Of a stretch of DNA of 36,010 bases, positions 24,159-32,790 are shown piece by piece; within the stretch, counting starts at the first letter, position 1; each line of letters starts with the position of its first letter. Position numbers and translations under genes: made by a program. The notes below the pieces were generated by a model, which worked only from the letters and a program-made list of their open reading frames with translations, ran no database searches and was not told where the DNA came from. The DNA is from Spirochaetota bacterium (GTDB taxonomy: Bacteria; Spirochaetota; Spirochaetia; Treponematales; UBA12059), in the NCBI GenBank assembly GCA_022709445.1, contig JAKLIU010000001.1, positions 1-36,010 of the forward strand, read 5' to 3'.

Positions 24159-24865
24159 TCGCCGCCTCCGGCCTTCCCGGCCAGTTCCGCCACGATGGCG
24201 ACGCCCCCGGAGGCCCCGAGCCGGTCCGCGCCGGCCTCGAGCATCCGCAGGGCGTCATGCGGGGACCTGATGCCCCCCGAAGCCTTGACCTTGAGCCGGT
24301 CGCCGACGGTCGCGCGGATGAGGCGCACGTCCTCCGCGCTGGCGCCGCCGGTGCCGAAGCCGGTGCTGGTCATCACGAACCCCGCGCCCGCCCGCTCGGC
24401 CGCCTCGCAGGCCTTCACCTTCTCGCCGTCGGTCAGGTAGCAGGCCTCGATGATCGCCTTGACGACGGCCGTGCCCGCGGCCTCGACCACCGCGCGGATG
24501 TCCGCCTCCACCTCGTCCCAGCGGCCAGACTTGGCCGCGCCGACGTTGATCACCATGTCCAGTTCCCGCGCGCCCTGGGCCACCGCCAGCCGGGCCTCTT
24601 CGGCCTTGACCGGGCTGGCGTTGGCGCCGAGCGGGAAGCCGACGACGGCGCAGACCGTGACGCCGGTACCGGCCAGCTCCGCCGCGCACAGGGGCACCCA
24701 GTGGGGGTTCACGCAGACGGCCGCGAACCCGTTGGAGAGGGCTTCCGCGCAGCAGTCGCGGACCTGCCGCTCGGTGGCCGTCGCCTTCAGCACGCTGTGG
24801 TCGATGGCGGCTGCGACGCCCGCCTTGGTCCGGTCCTTGGGCATGTCGTGCTCCCTGACGGTCAT
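24155..24865 (-). CDS. deoC: Deoxyribose-phosphate aldolase
   Basis: AAAIDHSVLKATATE, FAAVCVNP, VVGFPLG, VKAIIE, GAGFVMTSTGFG and KVKASGGIRS (Schiff-base lysine region). Confidence 0.9.
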   Translation of the reverse strand: MTVREHDMPKDRTKAGVAAAIDHSVLKATATERQVRDCCAEALSNGFAAVCVNPHWVPLCAAELAGTGVTVCAVVGFPLGANASPVKAEEARLAVAQGARELDMVINVGAAKSGRWDEVEADIRAVVEAAGTAVVKAIIEACYLTDGEKVKACEAAERAGAGFVMTSTGFGTGGASAEDVRLIRATVGDRLKVKASGGIRSPHDALRMLEAGADRLGASGGVAIVAELAGKAGGGE

Positions 24866-25482
24866 ATTTCGAAGCGGCGGGAAAGGTACTCCCGCCTCGT
24901 GCCGACGAGCTCCTCGAGCTCGGCGAGCATGGCCGGGTTGGCCCTGCCGGCGATCGGGTAGACGAAACGCTCGGTCTCGTCGGAGTAGCGCTTGATGAAC
25001 TCGATGTCCGTGGTGTAGCCCAGCGAGATCATGTTGCTGATGCGGTCGGCGGCCTTGAGGACCAGGGCGTTGGCGGAGCCGAACTCCAGGATGCGCGTCA
25101 GGAACTCCGGCTTGGTCTCCACCGGCCGCCGGGTCACCTCGAGGACCAGCTTGTAGACCTCGGCGCTCTCCTCGTCGATCCCCAGGATGCGGTCCCGGTC
25201 CAGGTCGGGAACGTCCTCCACCAGGTCGTGGATGACCGAGGCCTTGAGCAGCACCCCGTCGATGTACCCGTAGTCCATGAGTATGCCCATGGTGTCGATC
25301 TGGTGGCGGAACATGTTCCCGCCCGAGCGCCTGCGCTTGCCGATCAGCACGGTAGCCAGCTGGATGTACGGCGCCAGGTGCATCTCCTTGAGCCGGATCA
25401 TGCCGACCCGGTCCATCGGCTCGTCGCGGGGGGCGGGCGGCTGGACGGTCGGCTGCTTGAGCGGGCGCCCGGTCCTTGGCAT
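24862..25482 (-). CDS. Stand-alone RelA/SpoT-type HD hydrolase (small alarmone hydrolase-like)
   Basis: FRHQIDTMGILMDYGYIDGVLLKASVIHDLVEDV parallels the SpoT hydrolase H...HD..ED motif. LKAADRISNMISL parallels IKLADRLHNMRTL. The ATG at 25482 has a GGAGGGG Shine-Dalgarno inside the valS 3' end. The stop overlaps the deoC start (ATGA). Confidence 0.6.
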   Translation of the reverse strand: MPRTGRPLKQPTVQPPAPRDEPMDRVGMIRLKEMHLAPYIQLATVLIGKRRRSGGNMFRHQIDTMGILMDYGYIDGVLLKASVIHDLVEDVPDLDRDRILGIDEESAEVYKLVLEVTRRPVETKPEFLTRILEFGSANALVLKAADRISNMISLGYTTDIEFIKRYSDETERFVYPIAGRANPAMLAELEELVGTRREYLSRRFEI

Positions 25483-25490
25483 CGCCCCTC

Positions 25491-28124
25491 CTACGCCAGA
25501 TCCCCGAGGTAGCGCTCGAGCTTCCCTGCCCTGGCCCTGGCGGCCTCGAGCTTCTCGCGCTCCTTGGCGATCACGTCGGCGGGCGCGCTGGCGGTGAAGC
25601 CCTCGTTCCCGAGCTTGGCCTCCACGCGGGCGGCGAACTGGCGTTCCTTTTCCGCGTCCTTGCGGAAGCGGGCGGCCAGCTGGGCGACGTCCACGGCCTC
25701 CCGGGCGAAGGCGTAGCACTCGAAACCCCGCCCGGCCAGGGAGAGGGCGCCGGCCGGCTTGGCCGTCACCGTCTCCACGGATTCCGCGTTGGCCAGCAGC
25801 ATGGCCAGCGCCGCGTTCCGCGACAGGAAGTCCATGCCGTCCCAGCCCTCGTCGCCCCGCACGGCGATGCGCAGTTTCTTCTCCGCGGGGATGCCGAACT
25901 CCGCCCTGAGCGCCCGCACCAGGGTCACCAGCTCCTTGAGGGCGCCGAAGCGCGCGTCCAGGGCCGGGTCGCGGCGCGACGCCTCGTCGGCCGGGTAGGC
26001 CTTGACGATGAGCCTGCCCCTGGCGCCGGGCAGCTTGCCGTAGATCTCTTCCGTGACGAAGGGCAGGAAGGGGTGCAGGAGCCGGAGCGACTCCTCGAGC
26101 GTGGCGACCAGGACGGTCACCGCCCGGTCCTTCTCGGCGGGGTCCTCCGAGCGCGTGGAGAGCTTGGTGGCCTCCAGGTACCAGTCGCAGAAGTCGTTCC
26201 AGAAGTACTCGTACACCGCCGAGGCCGCGTCGTTGAAGCGGTAGGACGACAGGGCTTCCTTCACCGCAGCGGCGGCCGCGTTGAGCCGGTGGCGGATCCA
26301 CCGGTCCGCGTCGACCAGGGACGGATCCTCGACCAGCTCGCGGCCTTCCAGGTTCATGAGGATGAAGCGGCTGGCGTTCCACACCTTGTTGGCGAACTTG
26401 GAGCCGAGCTTGAAGCTCTCCTTGTCCACCAGCACGTCCTGTCCCTGGCTGGTCAGGAAGGCCAGGGTGAACTTGAGGGCGTCGGCGCCGAACTCGTCCA
26501 CGATCTCCAGCGGGTCGATGCCGTTCCCCAGGCTCTTGGACATCTTGCGGCCTTGCTTGTCCCGGACCAGGGTGGTGATGTACACGTCGCGGAACGGGGC
26601 CTGGCCGGTGAACTCCATGCCCGCCATGATCATGCGGGCCACCCAGAAAAAGATGATGTCGTAACCGGTCACCAGCGCGGTGGTCGGGTAGAACTTGCGC
26701 AGGTCGGCGGTGTCGGCCGGCCAGCCCATCACGCTGAAGGGCCACAGCCAGGAACTGAACCAGGTGTCCAGCACGTCCTCGTCCTGCCGCAGTTCCGTGG
26801 ACTGGCACTTGGGGCAGATCGAGGGCTCCTCTCGCGCGGCCATCACCCAGCCGCAGTGGTCGCAGTACCAGACCGGGATCCTGTGCCCCCACCAGAGCTG
26901 GCGGCTGATGCACCAGTCGCGGATGCCGGTCAGCCAGTGCTCGTACGTGTTCTCCCAGCGCTGGGGATAGAACTTCACCTCGCCGTCGCGCCAGGCCTTG
27001 AGGGCCTTGTCGGCCAGGGGCTTCATCTTCACGAACCACTGCTCGGAGAGGTAGGGCTCCACCGCGGTGTGGCAGCGGTAGCAGTGGCCGACCGCGTGGG
27101 TGACGGGCTTTTCCTCGATGAACAGGCCGAGCGACTTGAGATCCTCGACCACCAGCGTGCGGGCGTCCCTGGCTTTCAGGTTGCGGTACTTGGCGGGCAC
27201 GGCGTCGTTGAGGGTGCCGTCCGGATTGAGTATGTTGATGCGCTCCAGGCCGTGGCGGTTGCCCACCTCGAAGTCGTTGGGGTCGTGGGCCGGGGTGATC
27301 TTCACGAGGCCGGTGCCGAACTCGCGGTCCACGTAAGCGTCCGCGATGAGGGGGATCTCGCGGTCCGCGAGCGGGAGGAGCAGTTTTTTGCCGACGAGCG
27401 CCTGGTACCGGGGGTCGTCGGGATGGCAGGCCACCGCGGTATCGCCGAGCAGGGTCTCCGGGCGGGTGGTGGCTATCTCGACGGAGCCGGAGCCGTCGGC
27501 GAAGCGGTACCGTATGTGGTACATGGCGCCCGCCTCGTCCTCGTGCTCCACTTCGTCGTCCGCCAGGGCGGTGCCGCAGGAGGGGCACCAGTTCACGAGA
27601 TACTTTCCTCTATAGATGAGGCCGCGTTCGTACAGGGTGACGAAGACCTCGCGCACCGCGTTGGACAGCCCGGCGTCCATGGTGAAGCGCTCGCGGCTCC
27701 AGTCGCAGGACGCGCCGATCTTCTCCAGCTGGCGGGTGATGACGGCGTGGTGCTCGTCCTTGACCTTCCAGGTCTCTTCCAGGAACTTCTCCCGCCCCAG
27801 GTCCCGGCGCTTGATGCCCTTCTCGCGCAGCTTCTTCTCCACCACGTGCTGGGTGGCGATGCCGGCGTGGTCCGTGCCGGGCACCCAGAGCGTGGGCCTG
27901 CCGGTCATGCGGTGGTAGCGGACCAGGATGTCCTGCAGCGAGTTGTTGAGGCCGTGGCCCACGTGCAGGACCCCGGTAACGTTGGGAGGGGGTATGACGA
28001 CGACGAAGGGCTTCTTCCCGTTGGGCGCGACGGGGGCGAAATGCCCCTCCGCCTTCCAGGCCGCGTACACGCGGTCCTCGAATTCCTTGGGATCGTAGGC
28101 CTTTGCGAGCTCTATGGCATTCAT
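25491..28124 (-). CDS. valS: Valine--tRNA ligase
   Basis: PPPNVTGVLHVGH (HIGH), KMSKSLGN (KMSKS), the editing-domain motif TTRPETLLGDTAVA, and a C-terminal coiled coil. The ATG at 28124 has a GGAGGG Shine-Dalgarno. Confidence 0.95.
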   Translation of the reverse strand: MNAIELAKAYDPKEFEDRVYAAWKAEGHFAPVAPNGKKPFVVVIPPPNVTGVLHVGHGLNNSLQDILVRYHRMTGRPTLWVPGTDHAGIATQHVVEKKLREKGIKRRDLGREKFLEETWKVKDEHHAVITRQLEKIGASCDWSRERFTMDAGLSNAVREVFVTLYERGLIYRGKYLVNWCPSCGTALADDEVEHEDEAGAMYHIRYRFADGSGSVEIATTRPETLLGDTAVACHPDDPRYQALVGKKLLLPLADREIPLIADAYVDREFGTGLVKITPAHDPNDFEVGNRHGLERINILNPDGTLNDAVPAKYRNLKARDARTLVVEDLKSLGLFIEEKPVTHAVGHCYRCHTAVEPYLSEQWFVKMKPLADKALKAWRDGEVKFYPQRWENTYEHWLTGIRDWCISRQLWWGHRIPVWYCDHCGWVMAAREEPSICPKCQSTELRQDEDVLDTWFSSWLWPFSVMGWPADTADLRKFYPTTALVTGYDIIFFWVARMIMAGMEFTGQAPFRDVYITTLVRDKQGRKMSKSLGNGIDPLEIVDEFGADALKFTLAFLTSQGQDVLVDKESFKLGSKFANKVWNASRFILMNLEGRELVEDPSLVDADRWIRHRLNAAAAAVKEALSSYRFNDAASAVYEYFWNDFCDWYLEATKLSTRSEDPAEKDRAVTVLVATLEESLRLLHPFLPFVTEEIYGKLPGARGRLIVKAYPADEASRRDPALDARFGALKELVTLVRALRAEFGIPAEKKLRIAVRGDEGWDGMDFLSRNAALAMLLANAESVETVTAKPAGALSLAGRGFECYAFAREAVDVAQLAARFRKDAEKERQFAARVEAKLGNEGFTASAPADVIAKEREKLEAARARAGKLERYLGDLA

Positions 28125-28150
28125 GTGAAACCCTCCGGTGCGCAACGACC

Positions 28151-28179
28151 ACTGTAGCAAAAAGCCCGTGCAGTTGCAA
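28151..28179 (-). promoter_or_regulatory. Sigma70-type promoter for valS
   Basis: The minus strand reads TTGCAA, 17 nt, TACAGT, about 25 nt upstream of the valS ATG. Confidence 0.5.
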
Positions 28180-28191
28180 CGCGCACCGGGC

Positions 28192-28220
28192 TTGCGCCCG
28201 CGGGGCCGCGGGCCTATGCT
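28192..28220 (+). promoter_or_regulatory. Sigma70-type promoter for the diguanylate cyclase gene
   Basis: TTGCGC, 17 nt, TATGCT. It sits back-to-back with the valS promoter and favours the ATG at 28240 over the one at 28216. Confidence 0.45.
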
Positions 28221-28239
28221 TTGCGCGGGGGATCGGACC

Positions 28240-29529
28240 ATGGACAAGCACACGCACAGGCGCGGCACGGAGCGGCGCGCGTTCGGCATTTTCATCGCTT
28301 CGCTGGCGGCCACCATGGTGGTCCTGTTCGCCGGTTTCTTCATCGGCACCGCCGTGAGGAACGCCAGGCAGCTGGACGACACCATCCTGGCCAGCGGCAG
28401 GGCCCTCTTCCAGGAACTGGTCCTGGCCCGGCGCTGGGCCGCCGGCTACGGGGGCGTGTACGTCAGGAAGGGCCCCGGCGTGGAGTCCAACCCATGGCTC
28501 GTCGACCCGGACCTGCAGGCGGCCGACGGCTCCTGGCTGACCCTGCGCAACCCATCGCTCATGACCAGGGAGATCTCCGAGCTGGCGACCGCGGCTTCCG
28601 GCTTCAGCTTCCGCATCACCAGCCTGCGCCCGATCAACCCGGGCAACGCCCCGGACGCCTTCGAGCGGGAAGCCCTGGCGCGGTTCGAATCCGGCGCGAC
28701 CGAGCACTGGGCAACCGTGGACTCGCCTGCCGGACTGGAGTTCCGCTACATGGGCGCCCTGCCCGTGGAGGAGTCCTGCCTCGCGTGCCACGCGGTGCAG
28801 GGCTACCGGGTCGGCGACGTGCGCGGCGGCATCTCGGTGACCATCCCGGCGGAGAACGTCCATCGCGAACGGGCCAGGACGGAGCTGATCATGGCCCTGG
28901 CCTCCGCGGTCATCCTGGCGGCCACGCTGGCCCTGGTGTACGCCTTCGTGGCCAGCCTGCGCCGCAAGCTGGAAAAGGCCAGGGCCGAGCTGGAGCTGGC
29001 GGCAGTCACCGACCCGCTCACCGGCATGTACAACCGCCGTTACGGCATGGATCGCTTCCAGCGGGAAGTGGAGAAGGCCGCCCGCCTGGGGACGCCGCTC
29101 TCCTGCGCCATCCTGGACACCGACGACTTCAAGAAGCTGAACGACACCCTGGGCCACCTGACGGGCGACGCCGCGCTCAAGACCGTGGCCTCCTGCCTGC
29201 AGGCCGGGCTGCGCTCCTACGACATGGCGATGCGCTACGGCGGCGAGGAGTTCGTGCTGGTGCTGCCCGGCGTGCGCGCGGAGGAAGCGCTGTCCGTCTG
29301 CGAACGGATGCGCCAGCGGATCGAGGAGCGCGGGCGCGAGTCCCTGCCGGAAGGCGCGGCGCTGAGCGTCAGCGTGGGCATCACCGCGTACTACCCGCCT
29401 TCCGACGCGGCGGCGGCGGTCTCGGACAAGCCGGATCCGGCCGCGATCATGGACGAGCTCCTGAAAAAGGCGGACTCTGCCATGTACCGGGCCAAGACGG
29501 AGGGAAAGAACCGCTGCATCCTGGGCTGA
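28240..29529 (+). CDS. Membrane diguanylate cyclase with a periplasmic DUF3365 (Tll0287-like, CxxCH) sensor and a GGDEF domain
   Basis: TM helix, then ARRWAAGYGGVYV ... RNPSLMTREI ... CLACH ... VRGGISVTIP (DUF3365 pattern), then a second TM helix. The GGDEF domain has DPLTGMYNRR, LDTDDFKKLNDTLGHLTGD and RYGGEEFVLVLPG. Confidence 0.85.
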   Translation: MDKHTHRRGTERRAFGIFIASLAATMVVLFAGFFIGTAVRNARQLDDTILASGRALFQELVLARRWAAGYGGVYVRKGPGVESNPWLVDPDLQAADGSWLTLRNPSLMTREISELATAASGFSFRITSLRPINPGNAPDAFEREALARFESGATEHWATVDSPAGLEFRYMGALPVEESCLACHAVQGYRVGDVRGGISVTIPAENVHRERARTELIMALASAVILAATLALVYAFVASLRRKLEKARAELELAAVTDPLTGMYNRRYGMDRFQREVEKAARLGTPLSCAILDTDDFKKLNDTLGHLTGDAALKTVASCLQAGLRSYDMAMRYGGEEFVLVLPGVRAEEALSVCERMRQRIEERGRESLPEGAALSVSVGITAYYPPSDAAAAVSDKPDPAAIMDELLKKADSAMYRAKTEGKNRCILG

Positions 29530-29540
29530 GCGCCGCCGGT

Positions 29541-29569
29541 TTGCCAGCGCCGCGCTTCCGGGATATACT
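29541..29569 (+). promoter_or_regulatory. Strong sigma70-type promoter for the small basic ORF
   Basis: TTGCCA (29541-29546), 17 nt, TATACT (29564-29569). Confidence 0.5.
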
Positions 29570-29584
29570 TGAGTCGGGACTCGC

Positions 29585-29620
29585 CGGACCGGGAATGCGG
29601 ACCGGAAATGCGGATCGGGC
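29585..29620 (+). repeat. Tandem 13-nt direct repeat, about 2.8 copies, in the 5' UTR of the small ORF
   Basis: cggaccgggaatg / cggaccggaaatg / cggatcgggc. Confidence 0.5.
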
Positions 29621-29641
29621 CCCTTTAGAAGGAGGATTTTC

Positions 29642-29752
29642 ATGGCGGAAAAGAACAAGCAGCCGAAAGAACCCAAGAAGAAGGCCCAGAAGACCCTTTT
29701 GGAGAAGCGCAAGGAAAAGCGCGAGAAGGCCGCCAACAAGCACGAAGAATAG
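29642..29752 (+). CDS. Small Lys/Glu-rich basic protein (36 aa), not in the ORF track
   Basis: AAGGAGG Shine-Dalgarno 7 nt upstream of the ATG. Manual translation gives MAEKNKQPKEPKKKAQKTLLEKRKEKREKAANKHEE, ending at TAG (29750-29752). It is bracketed by a consensus-like promoter and a canonical terminator. Confidence 0.55.
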   Translation: MAEKNKQPKEPKKKAQKTLLEKRKEKREKAANKHEE

Positions 29753-29760
29753 ACGAAAAT

Positions 29761-29796
29761 CGTCCGGCTTGCCGGACTCGTCCGGCAAGCCGGACG
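29761..29796. other. Perfect 16-bp stem-loop with no U-tract
   Basis: cgtccggcttgccgga ctcg tccggcaagccggacg. It starts 9 nt after the small-ORF stop. Confidence 0.6.
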
Positions 29797-29807
29797 GTGG
29801 AAATGGG

Positions 29808-29836
29808 ACGCCCCGGCCGCAGGCCGGGGCGTTTTT
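29808..29836 (+). terminator. Rho-independent terminator of the small ORF
   Basis: 11-bp perfect stem, acgccccggcc with ggccggggcgt, loop gca, followed by tttt. Confidence 0.75.
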
Positions 29837-29951
29837 CGCGCGAGCGGGCGAGCGGAAACCGCGCCGCGCGCCGACGTGCAGCGTGGCGCCGGTCCGCAGG
29901 AACGGCGCGGGAACCCGCATGGGCGCGCGGGGCGTTGCAGCGGAGCACGCG

Positions 29952-29976
29952 GTCAGCCGCCGCCCGGGCGGCTGAC
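29952..29976 (-). terminator. Stem-loop downstream of the 29989-30735 gene, with no U-tract
   Basis: 10-bp stem, gtcagccgcc with ggcggctgac. It starts 13 nt after the stop on the minus strand. Confidence 0.3.
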
Positions 29977-29988
29977 GCGCCCGGCGAC

Positions 29989-30735
29989 TCAGGGATTGCC
30001 GGCTTCGGCCTTGTCCTTTTCTGCGCGGTCCTCGCAGGTGCTGCAGAGCTGGCTGATGTTCTTGAGCTCGCGGGCCTGCGCGACGGTGCCGCTGAAGATC
30101 TCGTCCGTGCGGTCCGAGTTGATGCGGTAGCAGTCGGAATAGATGTGGAAGCGTTCGCCGGACTTGGTCCAGTAGACCAGGTTGTCGCCGGTGAGATCCT
30201 GGACGCGGGCGGTCTGCTCGGCGTACTGCTCCTGGGACGGGGGGTTGAAGTCCGCGCCGAGCAAGCCCGCGGCGACGAGCGCGATGATGGCTATGGTGCC
30301 GACGAGCCCCTTCTGCTTGCCGCTCAGGTTCTTGTTGGTGAAGATCAGCACGACCAGCGGCAGGAAGGCGATGATGGCGACGATGGCACCGAGCTGGTTC
30401 TGCATGAAGAAGCGGAAGCCGTCCTTCTCGGAGGCCGGGTCCAGGCGGTTCGCCTTCTTCCACATGAGCGATCCGGCGACGGCGAAAGCCAGGTCGGCCG
30501 CGATGAAGACGATGAGCCAGAGCATGCTGACCGGGGGCTTGCGGAGCGCGAGTATGGCCCAGACCTCGAAACCGATGGCGACGATCCATGCCAGGATGGA
30601 CAGGAGCCTGAGCGTCCCGGCGCGTTTCCTGCTCTCAGGAGCGGCGACGAACGGCTTGGTTTCCCCGGCCGCGGCGGCGGACGGAGAGCCGTTCCCGACC
30701 TTGGTCACTTTTTTCTTGGTGCCTGTATCCGGCAT
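29989..30735 (-). CDS. Four-TM membrane protein with a C-terminal Cys-containing soluble domain
   Basis: GAGGGGGA Shine-Dalgarno and four hydrophobic helices. The C-terminus, VYWTKSGERFHIYSDCYRIN...ISQLCSTCE, resembles the small YH..C...C..C metal-binding motif seen on some secreted or membrane proteins. I cannot name the family with confidence. Confidence 0.6.
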   Translation of the reverse strand: MPDTGTKKKVTKVGNGSPSAAAAGETKPFVAAPESRKRAGTLRLLSILAWIVAIGFEVWAILALRKPPVSMLWLIVFIAADLAFAVAGSLMWKKANRLDPASEKDGFRFFMQNQLGAIVAIIAFLPLVVLIFTNKNLSGKQKGLVGTIAIIALVAAGLLGADFNPPSQEQYAEQTARVQDLTGDNLVYWTKSGERFHIYSDCYRINSDRTDEIFSGTVAQARELKNISQLCSTCEDRAEKDKAEAGNP

Positions 30736-30876
30736 GTCATTCCCCCTCGGAAGAACGTTGATGATGGGGCGCGGCGACCGCCGGCCGATCGGCTTGCGGA
30801 GGCCCGCTCCGCCGATTGTACGCCATCCGGGCGGAAAATAAAACGGCCGGAGGACGCGATGGCTCGCGGTCGCCGC

Positions 30877-32784
30877 TCAATGGCCGGACGCCCCGGCCGC
30901 CAGGCGCTCGAAGCGCGACACCTTCTCCTCCACCATCCCGGCGCCCGCCAGCCAGAAATCCGGGCGGCTGATGTCCACGCCCAGGTGCCTGGCCGCGACC
31001 TCCTCGGCCTCCATCCGGCCGGTGTCGCGCAGGAGGCCGACATAGGCTTCCGGGAAGCGCGGGCCGAGCTCCCGCCTGCGGGCATACACGCCCAGGCTGA
31101 ACAGGTAGCCGAAGGAATACGGATAGTTGTAGAAACTGGTCCCCGTCATGTGGAAATGGAGCTTGGAAGCCCAGTACCACTCGTCGTAGCCGGACAGGGA
31201 ATCCCCGTACCACTCCTCCCAGGAAGCGCGCATGAGGCCGCACAGGGCGTCCGGTCCCAGGGGGCCCGAAGGCCGCGCCTCGCGGAGCCGGCACTCGAAC
31301 TCGAAGCGGGCGGGTATGTTCACGAGGAAGGTGGCGGCGTCCTGGGCGTCCGACCAGGCCAGCTCGAGCCCGGCAGCCCCGGCGTCGCCGCCCGCGGCCG
31401 CCTCGGAGGCCAGGAAGTCCCCCAGCGCGGCCTCCGCGAAGGTGCTGGCCGTCTCGGCGAGCGTCATGGGGTAGCGCGACTCCATGCGCGGCACCGCGCG
31501 CAGGACCTCGCCGTGCCAGGCGTGCCCCAGCTCGTGGGCGAGGGTGGACAGCTCGGACAGGGAACCCCGGTAGGTGGTGTACACGTACGGGTTGCGGGAC
31601 TTGGGGAAGCGGGTGCAGTAGGCGCCCGGCCGCTTGCCGTCCATGTCGCGGCCTTCCATGCGGCCGGCGGCGGCCATCCGGTCCACGAACTCGCCCATGG
31701 CGGGGTCGACGGCGGCGAAGGCCCTGCGCACGATGGAGACTCCCTCATCCCAGGGTATGGCCCGGCCCGCCGGGCCGCCGGGGGACGCGGGCGCCGGGGC
31801 CAGGATGTCCCATGGACCGAGCCGTTCCACGCCGCAGAGCCTGGCCTGGGCGCGCAGGGCCCTCCGGCCCAGTTCGCGGGACTGTCGCAGGGCGCCCATG
31901 AGCGCGTCCAGGGTGGGCCTGCCTATCCGACTCATGTGCAGCGACTCGTCCAGGCAGCCCACGGGCTCGACGCGGGAGCGGAGGCCGGCCTCCGCCTGCC
32001 GCCAGCCGGAAATGGCGTTCAGTATGGAAGAAAAGCTCTCCTGGTGGGCGGCCATGGCCTCGTTGATGCCGCGCCAGGCAGCCTCGCGCAGCGTGCGATC
32101 AGGCCGCTTGAGGAGGCTGGACGCGGAGGCCAGGCCCATGGCCGTCGCGCCGCCGCCGGGCTGGGCGACCGTGCACCGGAGCGTCCCCGTCAGGTTGGTG
32201 TAGAGGTTGCCCCAGGCGGCCAGCCCGTCCGGAGCCATGGTGGACAGGGTGCGCTCCATGTCCAGGCTCAGGAGCCGCGGCCTGAGCCTGCGCTCCCGGG
32301 ACAGGAGGAAGCGGTGGCCGTGCAATGCCGGATCGGCGCAGGCCGGCCCGCAGAAGGCGTCGAAGAACGCGTCCGGGGCGTGGGCCATGACCAGGGCGTA
32401 GCCGGCGGCCGCCGTGTCGAGGCGCGCGTCCAGGCCCTGCAGGAGGCCGCGCAGGCGCTTGGCCTCCGCATCCGAGCCGTCCACGCTGGACAGGCAGTTG
32501 ACGTACACCTGGAGCGAGCCCAGGATGGTGCGGGCTTCCTCCAGCCCGAGGGCGAACGACCCGCAGGCTGCCAGGAGCGCGGCGTCGGTCACCGGGTCGA
32601 GGGCCGAGGCCCCGGCTGCGCGGGTCCCGATGAGTTCGCCCGCCGGCTCCAGTCGCGCGAGCAGATCCTTCACGGCGTCCAGGTCTTCCCTGAACCGCGG
32701 GGAATCGAGCGCGGGGTATTCCTCATCCAGGTTCCAGGCCGGCCCCTGGACGGGCGTTTTCGCGGAGTCTTGTGTCGCGTTCAT
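30877..32784 (-). CDS. pepF: M3-family oligoendopeptidase (PepF-like)
   Basis: Zinc motif TLAHELGHAWH with a downstream ETASTFAE glutamate. The length of about 635 aa and overall pattern are typical of M3B oligoendopeptidase F. Confidence 0.88.
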   Translation of the reverse strand: MNATQDSAKTPVQGPAWNLDEEYPALDSPRFREDLDAVKDLLARLEPAGELIGTRAAGASALDPVTDAALLAACGSFALGLEEARTILGSLQVYVNCLSSVDGSDAEAKRLRGLLQGLDARLDTAAAGYALVMAHAPDAFFDAFCGPACADPALHGHRFLLSRERRLRPRLLSLDMERTLSTMAPDGLAAWGNLYTNLTGTLRCTVAQPGGGATAMGLASASSLLKRPDRTLREAAWRGINEAMAAHQESFSSILNAISGWRQAEAGLRSRVEPVGCLDESLHMSRIGRPTLDALMGALRQSRELGRRALRAQARLCGVERLGPWDILAPAPASPGGPAGRAIPWDEGVSIVRRAFAAVDPAMGEFVDRMAAAGRMEGRDMDGKRPGAYCTRFPKSRNPYVYTTYRGSLSELSTLAHELGHAWHGEVLRAVPRMESRYPMTLAETASTFAEAALGDFLASEAAAGGDAGAAGLELAWSDAQDAATFLVNIPARFEFECRLREARPSGPLGPDALCGLMRASWEEWYGDSLSGYDEWYWASKLHFHMTGTSFYNYPYSFGYLFSLGVYARRRELGPRFPEAYVGLLRDTGRMEAEEVAARHLGVDISRPDFWLAGAGMVEEKVSRFERLAAGASGH

Positions 32785-32790
32785 GGGCGG

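Noticed and set aside
25483-27588. Upstream 700 codons of the 908-aa minus-strand ORF 24862-27588
   Set aside because: This part overlaps valS in another frame and is Arg/Pro-rich. Only the last 206 codons, from the ATG at 25482 with a GGAGGGG Shine-Dalgarno, look like a real HD-domain protein.
28682-28692. ggttcgaatcc, a tRNA T-arm-like sequence
   Set aside because: The flanks do not form a 5-bp T-stem or an acceptor stem. The site lies inside the coding frame of the DUF3365 domain (ARFESGAT).
25476-29739. 893-aa plus-strand ORF (25476-28157) and 709-aa minus-strand ORF (27610-29739)
   Set aside because: They are antisense or out of frame relative to valS and the DUF3365-GGDEF gene, both of which have unambiguous motifs. 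Their composition is typical of shadow ORFs.
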